64,000 nucleotides of DNA from Armatimonadota bacterium (GCA_038207085.1 JBBRAE010000001.1:32001-96000); one strand, 5' to 3'. Positions 11,006 to 20,723 are shown, counted from the first letter of the stretch. The notes: generated by a model from the sequence alone, not told the origin. Program-made: numbers and translations.

Positions 11006-11771
11006 TGGCTGTTTTGGGATACTTGACGAGGGTGACGGTGGTGCCGCGGGAGAAGTCGAATAGGACTTCGTCGACCATGGTCTTCATAAAGGTGATCCCC
11101 CGGCCGTGCTCCAGTGGTTCGCCACCGGAATGCGCCTGTAGAACGCAGTCGGGATCGAAGCCGGGACCCTCGTCTGATATCTCGACTGTGAGCTTGTCGC
11201 TTGATGTGATACATCTGACAGCTACGGTCGCCGAGGGTAGGCAGCTGCCGTGACGGACAGCATTGGTAAGCGCCTCACCGACTGCAAGCTTCAAATCTGC
11301 AAGTTCTTCGTCGGAGAATAGTCCCAGTCCACCCATCTCGGCAACCCTGTTTCTAACTATTTTGCCGTAACGAAGCGATGCGCTCACCGTAAACGAGGCA
11401 ATAGCCCTGTCTTCTGTAACAGCGGCGCAGTCTGTGATGGGGTGGGCGTCCGATACAATGGGGGGAGAGAACTCTGCGGACTTGTGTATAATCTCCGTCT
11501 GACCAGCGACTTCGAAGACCTTTCTTACGAGAGGGTTTATCGAGACCACTTCAAGGCTGCAGTTTCGCATTATGAAGCGCTCACGCCAATCCAAAAGTGA
11601 GCGAAGGCCGGTGGTGTCCATGAAGCTAACGCCAGCGAGGTCGACGCGTGGACAGGTAGAACCTGCTCCAAGCACTTCCGAGAGAACATCACTCACGCGC
11701 TCACAGCCGGTCATATCCACCTCGCCCGCAAGACGAACGATGGGGTAATATAACTGATGGTTCACCGCCAC
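10968..11771 (-). CDS. STAS (anti-anti-sigma) / RsbW-like HATPase kinase fusion
   Basis: N-terminal GEVD..DLAGVSFMDTTGL (STAS); C-terminal LAVGEALTNAVRHG, DEGPGFD, GRGI, GTTV. Confidence 0.88.
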   Translation of the reverse strand: MAVNHQLYYPIVRLAGEVDMTGCERVSDVLSEVLGAGSTCPRVDLAGVSFMDTTGLRSLLDWRERFIMRNCSLEVVSINPLVRKVFEVAGQTEIIHKSAEFSPPIVSDAHPITDCAAVTEDRAIASFTVSASLRYGKIVRNRVAEMGGLGLFSDEELADLKLAVGEALTNAVRHGSCLPSATVAVRCITSSDKLTVEISDEGPGFDPDCVLQAHSGGEPLEHGRGITFMKTMVDEVLFDFSRGTTVTLVKYPKTAIKQQVAAHCDTN

Positions 11772-11886
11772 TTACGCCTCCTGGCTTACTGCGGTTCTAG
11801 TTTGACCGCTAATGTTAGAGTGACGGTTCTGAATTGACAGCATTGTTGTGAATAGACTATCCAAACTCTTATACAACATCTGAGCT

Positions 11887-11915
11887 ATGGTAGCATCAGG
11901 CAGGTAGCTCGTCAA
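11887..11915 (-). promoter_or_regulatory. sigma70-type promoter for the STAS-kinase fusion
   Basis: TTGACG-17-TACCAT. Confidence 0.6.
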
Positions 11916-12000
11916 GTGTAATTCGCCGTTTGACACCACAATATTTACACGAAGTTTGTTGGTCAGCGCACTTGTTCTCAGTAAATAGAGGCAGAGGTTG

Positions 12001-12029
12001 TTGACACGGTGGTCACTGATTGTTATACT
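12001..12029 (+). promoter_or_regulatory. sigma70-type promoter for the PP2C/RsbW genes
   Basis: TTGACA-17-TATACT with TG extension. Confidence 0.8.
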
Positions 12030-12131
12030 CGGTTTGTTTAGGGCATTATGCTGGATTTGCCCGGATGACGGCGTGTTTCTCGGGGGCGTATGGGAATCTC
12101 GCCGGTTCCTCAGATGAAAGGCGGCCTTTAC

Positions 12132-14405
12132 ATGAAGGGCATCGCGTGGTCCGGTGGTCAGCCGGCAGGCGGTTACGAAGCAGTTGTTGTGGCGTTTTCC
12201 AAGTTGTCGCACGCGGTTATTACGGACCAACCGCCTGGACGGGCTCTTGCTACCGCTGCCGAAACTGCCGCTATCCTGCTGCAGTGCGAATGTGGCGTAG
12301 TCTATCTCACGGGTTCGCACTCAGGTTCGGTGAACGTTGCTGTTTCCTACGGGATGAATATTGCGCCCGGCGAGTCGTATGTGCCCGGTGAGGAGATTGT
12401 GCTCCAGTGTGCCGCTTCGGGCTTGCCTGTGGTTGCTTCAAGCCTTGTCGGTGACGACCGCAAAGGCGTTGCGGCCTGGGTGAAGATGGGCATGGCGTCC
12501 GCTCTTTGTGCCCCGTTGATGGTCGGAAACCGCACCATCGGCGCTATAACCGTGCTTTCGGAGACCCTGCGTACGTTTTCTGCCGCTGACATTGATCTGC
12601 TCTCTGCTGTCGCCGATCAAGCCGCTCTTGCGGCATGGAAATGTGGCGGCGCGCCTTCTGATACCGCCCTCGAGTCCCCAAGTGAGCTTACAGACCTTGC
12701 CCAGCGAAAGATTCAGGAGCTATCGATTCTAAACAGCGTGAGCGAGGCGGTAAGTTCCACACTCAATCTCGAAAGGCTTCTTGAACTAGCGCTGGAGCAG
12801 TGCCTGTACGCGGTCGACGCCACTGTCGGCTCGATTATGCTCCTTGACGAAGGCACCGGCCGACTGGTCATCAAGGCCGCGAAGGGTTTGATGCCTGACG
12901 TTGTGGCGTCTGCCAGCGTCGAAGTAGGGGAGGGAATTTCCGGTTGGGTAGCTGAACAGGGCCAGCCGGTTCTGGTGCAGGACGCAAGGCGCGATCCAAG
13001 GTTCAGTATGAGGCGCTACCGGGACGATATCACTTCGGCGATGTCGGTGCCGCTGAAGGCCCGTGGACGAGTAATAGGTGTGCTGAACGCAAGCACTGTC
13101 GAGGCTGGAAAGCGCTACGGCCCCCGTGAGATGGAGTTCCTGACGACCGTCGCAAACCAGGCCGCAATGGCGATCGATAATGCGCGCCTCTACGACGGTC
13201 TTGAGCGCAGGTCCCGGGAACTGACGGGGCTTTTACAGATTTCGGAGGCGATCACCTCCACACTCGATGTTCGAGAGGTTGTAAGCCTGCTCTCGGGTCG
13301 ATTCCTCGCGATGGCAAACGTTGACGCCTCGGCGCTTCTGGCTTATGACTCGGACAACGCCCGGTTCAGGTGTCTGGACGGGCAGGGGCTCTCGGCTAAG
13401 AGCAAAAAGAGCGCCTATCTTGAGCTTGCCCTGCCGATTGCCAACAAGGTGCTGGAAACCGGAGCCCCGGTCATTATGGATGTCGAGGACTGCGGGCCAC
13501 GCGCGTGTGAAGTGGCGGGTGCGGCGGAGCTTACGAGTGGAGTGGGTGTGCCGCTTGTGGCTGGTGGCAAGACGGTCGGCGTGGTTGCACTCTTTTCTCT
13601 ACAGCCTCGTGCGTTCACCAAGCATGAACTAGGCACATTGGTGGCGCTTGGGAAGCTTGCAGGGGTAGCGTTGCACAATGCGATTGTTTATCAGCATAAG
13701 TATGAGATAGCACGATCGCTTCAGTTCCAGCTTGTTCCCAATGTTCCCCTGAAGGCGGACGGCTTGGAGATCGGTCACAAATATTCTCCCGCACGCGAAG
13801 TCGGCGGTGACTATTACGACCTCATCAAGGTGGTGCCCGGAAAAGTGGGCGTTGTGATTGCCGACGTTGCAGGAAACAGCGTCCCGGCGGCTATGTATAC
13901 CTCAATGGGCAAGAACGTTCTATTGGCCTACGCTGTCGATAACGAGTCACCCTCCGACGTTCTTAAGAAACTAAACCGTATAGCTTGCCAGCAGACCCAG
14001 ACCGAGGTCTTTATCAGCCTGTTTTACGGTGTCTTCGACTCTGCCACGCGCGTCTTTCGCTACGCCTGCGCCGGACACGAGCCTCCCATTCTCTGCAGAC
14101 CCGATGGTGGCTTCGAGAAGCTGCACGCCGACGGCCTTCTTGTGGGGATCAGCGAGGGAGTTGCCTTCGAGGAGAAAACCATCGCTCTTGACCCCGGTTC
14201 GGTGCTGGTGATGTTCACAGATGGGCTTGTTGACTCCCCTGCAGTGCGAGGAAAGTTTGGTGTTCGCGAGATAGTTGATATCGTTTCGCCGAATCTGCTA
14301 AAGCCACCCCAAGAACTCGCCGATAATATTTATGAGAAACTCATGGAGACAGCCGGTAGCAGGGTTCAGGATGACGTGGCTCTTGTGGTCCTGAAGGTCC
14401 TATAA
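12132..14405 (+). CDS. triple-GAF SpoIIE/RsbU-family PP2C phosphatase
   Basis: Three GAF repeats; VGGDYYD, ADVAG, TDGL, DDVA metal-binding motifs; RBS AAAGGCGG before ATG 12132. Confidence 0.92.
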   Translation: MKGIAWSGGQPAGGYEAVVVAFSKLSHAVITDQPPGRALATAAETAAILLQCECGVVYLTGSHSGSVNVAVSYGMNIAPGESYVPGEEIVLQCAASGLPVVASSLVGDDRKGVAAWVKMGMASALCAPLMVGNRTIGAITVLSETLRTFSAADIDLLSAVADQAALAAWKCGGAPSDTALESPSELTDLAQRKIQELSILNSVSEAVSSTLNLERLLELALEQCLYAVDATVGSIMLLDEGTGRLVIKAAKGLMPDVVASASVEVGEGISGWVAEQGQPVLVQDARRDPRFSMRRYRDDITSAMSVPLKARGRVIGVLNASTVEAGKRYGPREMEFLTTVANQAAMAIDNARLYDGLERRSRELTGLLQISEAITSTLDVREVVSLLSGRFLAMANVDASALLAYDSDNARFRCLDGQGLSAKSKKSAYLELALPIANKVLETGAPVIMDVEDCGPRACEVAGAAELTSGVGVPLVAGGKTVGVVALFSLQPRAFTKHELGTLVALGKLAGVALHNAIVYQHKYEIARSLQFQLVPNVPLKADGLEIGHKYSPAREVGGDYYDLIKVVPGKVGVVIADVAGNSVPAAMYTSMGKNVLLAYAVDNESPSDVLKKLNRIACQQTQTEVFISLFYGVFDSATRVFRYACAGHEPPILCRPDGGFEKLHADGLLVGISEGVAFEEKTIALDPGSVLVMFTDGLVDSPAVRGKFGVREIVDIVSPNLLKPPQELADNIYEKLMETAGSRVQDDVALVVLKVL

Positions 14406-14438
14406 AATATGTACTGCGCGGCTGGTGAACAGTAAGTT

Positions 14439-14879
14439 ATGCAGGATGCACATCAGATACGGCTGGAGATCCCTTGTTCCACGGAATACGTGGGTGTAGT
14501 GCGGCAGGCTGTCGTTGGGATCGCAAACCGAATGCGTTTCGCCCCCGGGGAGATCGACGATCTACGTCTTGCCGTGGGAGAGGCTTGCAACAACGCTGTG
14601 AAACACGGCTGTCCCTCGTGCGCAAACCCCTCCGTGACAGTGACCTGCAACGTCACCCCTGATACCATAGAGATAGAGATAAGCAACGGCCTCTCCGGAG
14701 AAGAACCATATCCTTGTGTAGGCGAGTGCATGCCAAACGACGCAAAAAGCGCCCGCGAAGGCGGTATGGGGCTTTACATCATGAGAAAGCTGATGGATGA
14801 TGTGGATATCATCTGGGACAACCACCTGGCAAAAATCAGGATGGTGAAACGCCTGAAGACCAACGCTGAAGTAATGTAA
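14439..14879 (+). CDS. RsbW/SpoIIAB-like anti-sigma factor Ser/Thr kinase
   Basis: IDDLRLAVGEACNNAVKHG, EGGMGLYIMRKLMDDV. Confidence 0.9.
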   Translation: MQDAHQIRLEIPCSTEYVGVVRQAVVGIANRMRFAPGEIDDLRLAVGEACNNAVKHGCPSCANPSVTVTCNVTPDTIEIEISNGLSGEEPYPCVGECMPNDAKSAREGGMGLYIMRKLMDDVDIIWDNHLAKIRMVKRLKTNAEVM

Positions 14880-14886
14880 TTTAAAT

Positions 14887-14910
14887 GGCCCAGCTGTAGA
14901 AAGCTGGGCC
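14887..14910. terminator. hairpin between convergent genes
   Basis: GGCCCAGCT-GTAGAA-AGCTGGGCC. Confidence 0.65.
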
Positions 14911-14928
14911 GTTGCTGTATGTCTTGGA

Positions 14929-15945
14929 TTATACGATGTCGACGCTCTTGCCAGTCTTTGTAGACTCGTAGATCGCGTCGAGTATCTGTGAGATGTGCAG
15001 CCCGTGCTCTCCAGTCGACATGCACTTGCTTTCGCCCTTGATGCAGGAGATGAAGTGTTTGATCTCCATCTCATGTCCGTTTGCCGGGGCAAAGGTGGGC
15101 TGAATGTCTACCGGTGCGCCGTGCATGTCCTTGTAAATCTTCAGTGGATCGAGGTCCGCGCCGCCCTTGGTGCCAACGAGGGTTGTATAGAACGCCTCCT
15201 TGGCAAAGTGCGCTTCCCAACTGGCTTCAAGAATAACAGTCGCCCCATTTTCGAGCTTGATGAACCCGGCTGCCAGGTCTTCGACGGTATATTCCATACC
15301 CTTCTGCTTGTAGATATCCGGGCCGAGCTTGGCGTAGGCCGTCCCCATGACGGAAACAGGCTTCGGGTTTCCCATAAGCCAGAGAGTGAGGTCCAGCACG
15401 TGGACGCCGATGTCGATCAACGGCCCGCCACCTGCAAGCTCCTTCTGAGTAAACCACCCCGAAAGCCAGTTCAAGCATTTTCGGCGAATCCATCCCGTCT
15501 TCGCGTAGTATATCTCGCCGAGCTCACCATTTTCAATGTAGCTCTTGAGAAGCTGACTGTCGCCGCGGAAGCGGTTGTTAAAGCCCATCATAAAGAGCTT
15601 GTCGGCCTTCTTGCCTGCTTCGACCATAGCCTTGCCTTCGACGGCGTTCATCGCGAGCGGCTTTTCACACATAACGTGCTTGCCTGACTCAAACGCGGCA
15701 ATGGTGATGGGCATGTGGAACTTGTTCGGGGTTGCGACGATGACGGCGTCGATACTGTCGTCTGCGAACATCTCCTGATAGTCCGTATACACGCCGGGGA
15801 TGCCGTTGTCGGCGGCGAGGGTGTTGGCTCTGTCCCTATCAATATCACAGATCGCAGCCACTTCAGCATCGGGGCATTTCGCAAAGTTTTTGACGTGAAG
15901 CGCACCAATACCTGAGCCGACAATACCGACTCTTACTTTATCCAT
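14929..15945 (-). CDS. Gfo/Idh/MocA family oxidoreductase
   Basis: GIVGSG, CEKPLA, GGGPLIDIGVH. Confidence 0.93.
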   Translation of the reverse strand: MDKVRVGIVGSGIGALHVKNFAKCPDAEVAAICDIDRDRANTLAADNGIPGVYTDYQEMFADDSIDAVIVATPNKFHMPITIAAFESGKHVMCEKPLAMNAVEGKAMVEAGKKADKLFMMGFNNRFRGDSQLLKSYIENGELGEIYYAKTGWIRRKCLNWLSGWFTQKELAGGGPLIDIGVHVLDLTLWLMGNPKPVSVMGTAYAKLGPDIYKQKGMEYTVEDLAAGFIKLENGATVILEASWEAHFAKEAFYTTLVGTKGGADLDPLKIYKDMHGAPVDIQPTFAPANGHEMEIKHFISCIKGESKCMSTGEHGLHISQILDAIYESTKTGKSVDIV

Positions 15946-16036
15946 AAGACTAGTTTCTCCCAGTTAGCTATATGTTTAGATTCCAATATAGTCTACGACA
16001 GTGCCCGTAATTCTCCTTCCCAAATTGGAAAAGAGT

Positions 16037-17428
16037 TTACGGTGTGAGGATGCAGTAAGCCGTACGGTCGACCTGGTAGAAGCTGATGCTTGTTCCTGCT
16101 GAGACCATCAGTGGCTTGTTCAGCCAGTTGCTGATCGGTCGGGAGAAGATAATCTCTTTGTCGCGGATCTTCACCTGCCACCCCGGTGGCGATGGCTTGC
16201 CGGGACGAGCGATCACTGAAGTGGTGTTGACCTCGTCGCCGGTCATGGGATGGACTCTGATCTCGTAACCCGACTTGGCGGTAGGCTTGCCGGCAAGTTC
16301 CATCCTGAAGTAGATGCGATCAGCATCTCTCACAGCCTGCACGCTTACGATATCGGCAGACGGCTGAGTGTTGGTGACCATACCATCGGCTACCGCGTCC
16401 TGTATCACGGGGCTGAGGGCTTTCCAGTTCACGTGGGCTGAATTGGCGCGCGGTAGCTCAAGCTCGGGGCTGCGTGTGGCGAACAGTTCGTTCTGCCTGA
16501 CAAAGCTCGCAATGAATCGTCGCGAACTCCTGGGCTGTGACTTGAAGTACAGCGTTGCTTCGCGTTTTACGTCAATGGTCTTCTCATCAAGCGGGAGTTC
16601 ATACCACTTCGTGCCGACATCCGCAAGCGACGCCGGGGGCGCAAGATTCACATCGTCGTGCAGTCCCTGCGGCACCGGCCAGTCACCTTTGTGCACCAGG
16701 TACATACCGATCGTCTTGGTGTCCCACCATCCGAGATCATAGAGTGCCTTGGCGGTGAAGATACTGGTTCCCCAGTGGTCGGGATGCTGGTCGCTTGGAT
16801 ACGGAAGGTAGACCTGATCCGGGTTGATCAGCGTAAGCGCCCGCCGCAGGTCCGAGTTCAACTGGTGCGCGGTGTACGGCGCATTCTTGGTAAACGAGCC
16901 CGAATAGGGTGAATGAGTGTCTTTGGTGTATGCCGAACGGTATGGAGTCGTCCAGTGGGAGACCCACATTGGCTCAAGTCCCCGGTCAGGGTATCCAAGC
17001 TCGATAATGCGCCTTTCGGGCACACCAATTCGCCTTAGCGCGCTGACACTTTCCTCGTGGCGGCGGTAGCCGAGACTGACGAAGCTTGCGGAAGGTGTGC
17101 TAAAAGGCTTGAGTCCCCGCTTGGCTGCCGCGCGATAGCCGTCACCGTTGGTGACAAAGATCACCCAGACCTGCGCGCCTGCGGCGATGGATTTATGCAT
17201 CAAGCCACCGGCGCCGATGATTTCGTCGTCGCAGTGAGGGGCGACGATGACGATGCGTTCACCGCGCTTTGGCAACTTCCAGTCAGGGAGGCTGGCGCGA
17301 AGTTCGCGCAAGTTCGCGACCCGAAGGTCCCAGGCAGTGACGCCAATAGAGGCGAATGCGATCGCTGGCAAGATGATACCAAGGATCATCACGTTGCGCT
17401 TAGCAATACCAAGGCGGCGGATTTTCAT
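16037..17428 (-). CDS. membrane-anchored PIG-L/LmbE family deacetylase
   Basis: N-terminal TM; APHCDDE, TNGD, LGYPD, HPDH. Confidence 0.88.
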   Translation of the reverse strand: MKIRRLGIAKRNVMILGIILPAIAFASIGVTAWDLRVANLRELRASLPDWKLPKRGERIVIVAPHCDDEIIGAGGLMHKSIAAGAQVWVIFVTNGDGYRAAAKRGLKPFSTPSASFVSLGYRRHEESVSALRRIGVPERRIIELGYPDRGLEPMWVSHWTTPYRSAYTKDTHSPYSGSFTKNAPYTAHQLNSDLRRALTLINPDQVYLPYPSDQHPDHWGTSIFTAKALYDLGWWDTKTIGMYLVHKGDWPVPQGLHDDVNLAPPASLADVGTKWYELPLDEKTIDVKREATLYFKSQPRSSRRFIASFVRQNELFATRSPELELPRANSAHVNWKALSPVIQDAVADGMVTNTQPSADIVSVQAVRDADRIYFRMELAGKPTAKSGYEIRVHPMTGDEVNTTSVIARPGKPSPPGWQVKIRDKEIIFSRPISNWLNKPLMVSAGTSISFYQVDRTAYCILTP

Positions 17429-17433
17429 ATTTG

Positions 17434-17958
17434 TTAGTACTTCACCAGGACTTCGGCCTTGTAGCCGTCGAGCCGGTCTCTGCCATTCAGAAACTCAAGC
17501 TCTACCAGAAAAACAAGTCCTGCAACGTGGCCACCGAGTTCTTCAACGAGCTGAATTGAGGCAGCGGCAGTGCCGCCGGTTGCAAGCAGATCGTCGATAA
17601 TCACCGCTCTTTGACCGGGTGCAATGGAGTCTTTGTGCATCTCGACGGTGTTGGTGCCGTATTCGAGAGTATACTCGGCTCGAATAGTATCAGAGGGAAG
17701 TTTGCCAAGCTTTCGCACCGGAACAAACCCAAGCCCTAGTTCCATGGCGATCGGAGCGCCCAACACAAAGCCACGTGATTCAACCCCGACGATCACGTCA
17801 GGATTCAGTGCGCGGGCCATTTCGGTCATCTCTGAGATGACTTCACGAAATGCGCCAGGATCTTTCAGCACGGGGGTGATGTCACGAAACAGTATACCGT
17901 CTGTAGGAAAGTCCGGAACGTCACGAATGAGATCTTTGATCGTTCTTTCTCCTATCAT
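17434..17958 (-). CDS. apt: adenine phosphoribosyltransferase
   Basis: FRDITP, VRKLGKLP, IIDDLLATGGT. Confidence 0.97.
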   Translation of the reverse strand: MIGERTIKDLIRDVPDFPTDGILFRDITPVLKDPGAFREVISEMTEMARALNPDVIVGVESRGFVLGAPIAMELGLGFVPVRKLGKLPSDTIRAEYTLEYGTNTVEMHKDSIAPGQRAVIIDDLLATGGTAAASIQLVEELGGHVAGLVFLVELEFLNGRDRLDGYKAEVLVKY

Positions 17959-19010
17959 TTCTTAGCGCCTCCCCATTCATCCTCTACCGCCTGCCGAAGT
18001 CCGGCAAACGGGGGATAGAAAACTCCTCGTTCGGTGATAATTGCAGTGATAAACTCCGCGGGAGTGACGTCAAACGACGGGTTCATCACAGGCACTCCAG
18101 TTGGAGCTACCCGGTGCCCATCAATGTGAGTCATCTCATCGCTTGAGCGTTCTTCAATAGCAATATTGTCGCCGTTTTCGATCGCTGTGTCAATTGTGGA
18201 GACCGGTGCGGCCACATAGAACGGCACGCCGTGAGCTTTTGCGACGACTGCGAGCGAGTATGTCCCGATCTTGTTTGCCGTGTCTCCGTTAGCGGCGATT
18301 CTGTCGGCTCCGACGACAACGCAGCTAACTTCATCGCGCCGCATAATCGATGCGGCCATATTGTCTGCAATAATTGTTACGTCGATGCCGTCCTGCGCGA
18401 GTTCCCAAGCCGTGAGCTTCATTCCCTGGAGCCTGGGTCGTGTCTCATCGGCGAGCACACGGATGTGTTTGCCCGATTCCACCGCGCCCCGAATAACCCC
18501 TAGCGCCGTGCCGTAGCCGACACACGCTAGCCCTCCGGCGTTGCAGTGGGTAAGAACCGTCCCACCATCAGGGATCAACTCGGCACCGAGGCGACCAAGC
18601 TCCCTGCAGATTGTTTCGTCCTCAGAGATCATCAATTGGGCAGTATGGGTAATATCGATCTTGATCTGCTTAACTGAGCGTCCGTCGGCGTGTCGGGCAA
18701 CATCGACGATGCGGTCTACAGCCCAGAAGAGATTGACAGCAGTCGGACGCGTCGACTTGATAACCTCGGCGACCTGAACGAGTTCGAGCAAGAACGCGTC
18801 TTTGTCTTCTGTTAGAATTGCAGACGCGCCAAGGGCAACCCCAAGCGCGGCTGTAACGCCGATGGCGGGCGCGCCGCGGACCTTCATCGTGCGGATTGCC
18901 TCGGCGACTTCGGTGTAACTCCCCATTTCGATGGTCTCGAAAGAGTGGGGGAGCTTGTTCTGATCTATGATGACGACTTTGCCGCAGTTGTAGTCGACTG
19001 TTCGAATCAT
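17955..19010 (-). CDS. mtnA: methylthioribose-1-phosphate isomerase
   Basis: VRGAPAIG, RPTAVNL, THCNAG, ETRP, ANKIGTY. Confidence 0.96.
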   Translation of the reverse strand: MIRTVDYNCGKVVIIDQNKLPHSFETIEMGSYTEVAEAIRTMKVRGAPAIGVTAALGVALGASAILTEDKDAFLLELVQVAEVIKSTRPTAVNLFWAVDRIVDVARHADGRSVKQIKIDITHTAQLMISEDETICRELGRLGAELIPDGGTVLTHCNAGGLACVGYGTALGVIRGAVESGKHIRVLADETRPRLQGMKLTAWELAQDGIDVTIIADNMAASIMRRDEVSCVVVGADRIAANGDTANKIGTYSLAVVAKAHGVPFYVAAPVSTIDTAIENGDNIAIEERSSDEMTHIDGHRVAPTGVPVMNPSFDVTPAEFITAIITERGVFYPPFAGLRQAVEDEWGGAKK

Positions 19011-19807
19011 AGTCTGGCATGCTCAAGCGCAGTCGCGCATTTGCAGTCGCGCACGGGCGAGACCCGGCGAATTATCTCAAGCAGAACGTCGCGCACGCGG
19101 GAGTTGTTCTCCTTGAACACCTTCATGACCTCGTCAGAGCTAACAGGTTCGGTACCTTCAACGCCTACAAGGCCGGCGTCGTAATCTGTAACAAGCGCGA
19201 TGTTGACGTAGCATAGTTCTTGTTCGAGCGCGAGTATGCACTCCGGGTACTGGGTCATGCTGATCACTTCCCACCCCATGCTTGTGAACCACTTGCTTTC
19301 GGCTTTAGAGGAAAACCGGGGCCCCTGAATGACCAAGTTTGTGCCGCGTTCGTGGACCGTGATACCCTGTTCGCGAATCACATCGACCGCAAGGCTCCGA
19401 AGCACTGGACAATAAGGGTCAGCCGATGAGACGTGCACCGCAAACGGACCATCGTAGAAAGTGTCTTTGCGGCTGTTTGTCCGATCGACGAACTGATCGC
19501 TTACCACAAAGTCTCCGGGCTTGATGTGCGTCTGAAGGCTTCCAACGGCACTAGGACCGATGACCCGTGTCACGCCAAGCGACTTCATCGCCCAAATGTT
19601 TGCCCTATAAGGAATCATGTGTGGCGGGACCTGGTGTTCTCTGCCGTGCCTGGGTAAGAACGCCACTTTCCTACCGTCGACAGTGCCGATCGTAAGCGTG
19701 TCGCTCGGCGAACCGTAAGGGGTTTCAACTTTGATATCGACAGCGTTTTCAAGAAGCGAGTAGAAGCCGGAGCCTCCGAAGACGCCGATTTCAGCAATCT
19801 GTTCCAA
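19007..19807 (-). CDS. mtnP: S-methyl-5'-thioadenosine phosphorylase
   Basis: GGSGFY, LPRHG, GPRFSSKAES, VTDYD. Confidence 0.93.
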   Translation of the reverse strand: MEQIAEIGVFGGSGFYSLLENAVDIKVETPYGSPSDTLTIGTVDGRKVAFLPRHGREHQVPPHMIPYRANIWAMKSLGVTRVIGPSAVGSLQTHIKPGDFVVSDQFVDRTNSRKDTFYDGPFAVHVSSADPYCPVLRSLAVDVIREQGITVHERGTNLVIQGPRFSSKAESKWFTSMGWEVISMTQYPECILALEQELCYVNIALVTDYDAGLVGVEGTEPVSSDEVMKVFKENNSRVRDVLLEIIRRVSPVRDCKCATALEHARL

Positions 19808-19839
19808 TAGAGAATCCTCCTCGACCCAAATACCCTGGC

Positions 19840-20571
19840 CTAATCCCCAGCAGCCAAGCGTTCCGACTGCAGTTTCTTCTTGCTTTTCTCAAGTGCTTCA
19901 AGCGCTGCCGCCTGTTCGGCCTGCTTCTTGCTCTTGCCGACCCCTTTGCCGAGTATCTCGCCTTCCAGCCTCGCCTCGACGAGAAACGTCTTGTCGTGGT
20001 CAGCGCCGTCTTCGCGGATTACGATATACCTGGGCGCCTTCTTGTGCTTGCTCTGGGTCATTTCCTGCAGAAGGGACTTGTAGTCTCTGATATGCTCCTG
20101 ACGCTCGATATCGACAAGAATCGACTCAAGCGCGCGCAGGCAGAATTCACGTGCGGCGTCGAGTCCGGCGTCGATGTACAGAACCGCGACAAGCGCCTCG
20201 AAGGTGTCAGATAGGATAGACAGCCTCGAACGTCCTCCAGAGGCTTCTTCGCCGGAGCTCATCAGGATAGCTGAATCCAGCCCAAGGGCCTTGGCTGCGT
20301 CGGCAAGCACCGGTTCGCTTACGGCGACGGCTTTTGCCTTTGCAAGTTCCCCTTCGGTGCGATCTGGATACTGTGTAAAAAGATAGGCGCAGACGACGAG
20401 CCCGAGTACCGCGTCACCGAGAAACTCGAGCCGCTCGTTGCTGTGCACCTCGATCGAAGCCTCTCCGAGGTACGACCGGTGCGTAAGTGATTGCTCCAGG
20501 AGGTCGAGATTGCCTATCTCGATATCGAGCATCGCTGCTATTTCCTGGAGCCGCTCAGTCTCAAGAACCAT
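19840..20571 (-). CDS. rnc: ribonuclease III
   Basis: NERLEFLGDAVLG signature plus dsRBD; ATG 20571 with GGAG RBS. Confidence 0.97.
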   Translation of the reverse strand: MVLETERLQEIAAMLDIEIGNLDLLEQSLTHRSYLGEASIEVHSNERLEFLGDAVLGLVVCAYLFTQYPDRTEGELAKAKAVAVSEPVLADAAKALGLDSAILMSSGEEASGGRSRLSILSDTFEALVAVLYIDAGLDAAREFCLRALESILVDIERQEHIRDYKSLLQEMTQSKHKKAPRYIVIREDGADHDKTFLVEARLEGEILGKGVGKSKKQAEQAAALEALEKSKKKLQSERLAAGD

Positions 20572-20723
20572 ACTGCTCCACTTGGGCAAGAGGAGGGAGA
20601 GGAGAAAGTGGAAAGCCTGGCCCTCCACTCACTCCACTCACTTCTCTTGCGCTCCTTTTGAAGTGCCGACTGCAGAACTCGGAGTGCAAAGAATATACCT
20701 CTCTGCACTCCTCACTCTGAACT

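Noticed and set aside
11772..12320. 182-aa minus-strand ORF in the divergent promoter region
   Set aside because: It overlaps two clear promoters and the PP2C gene, and has no protein-like features.
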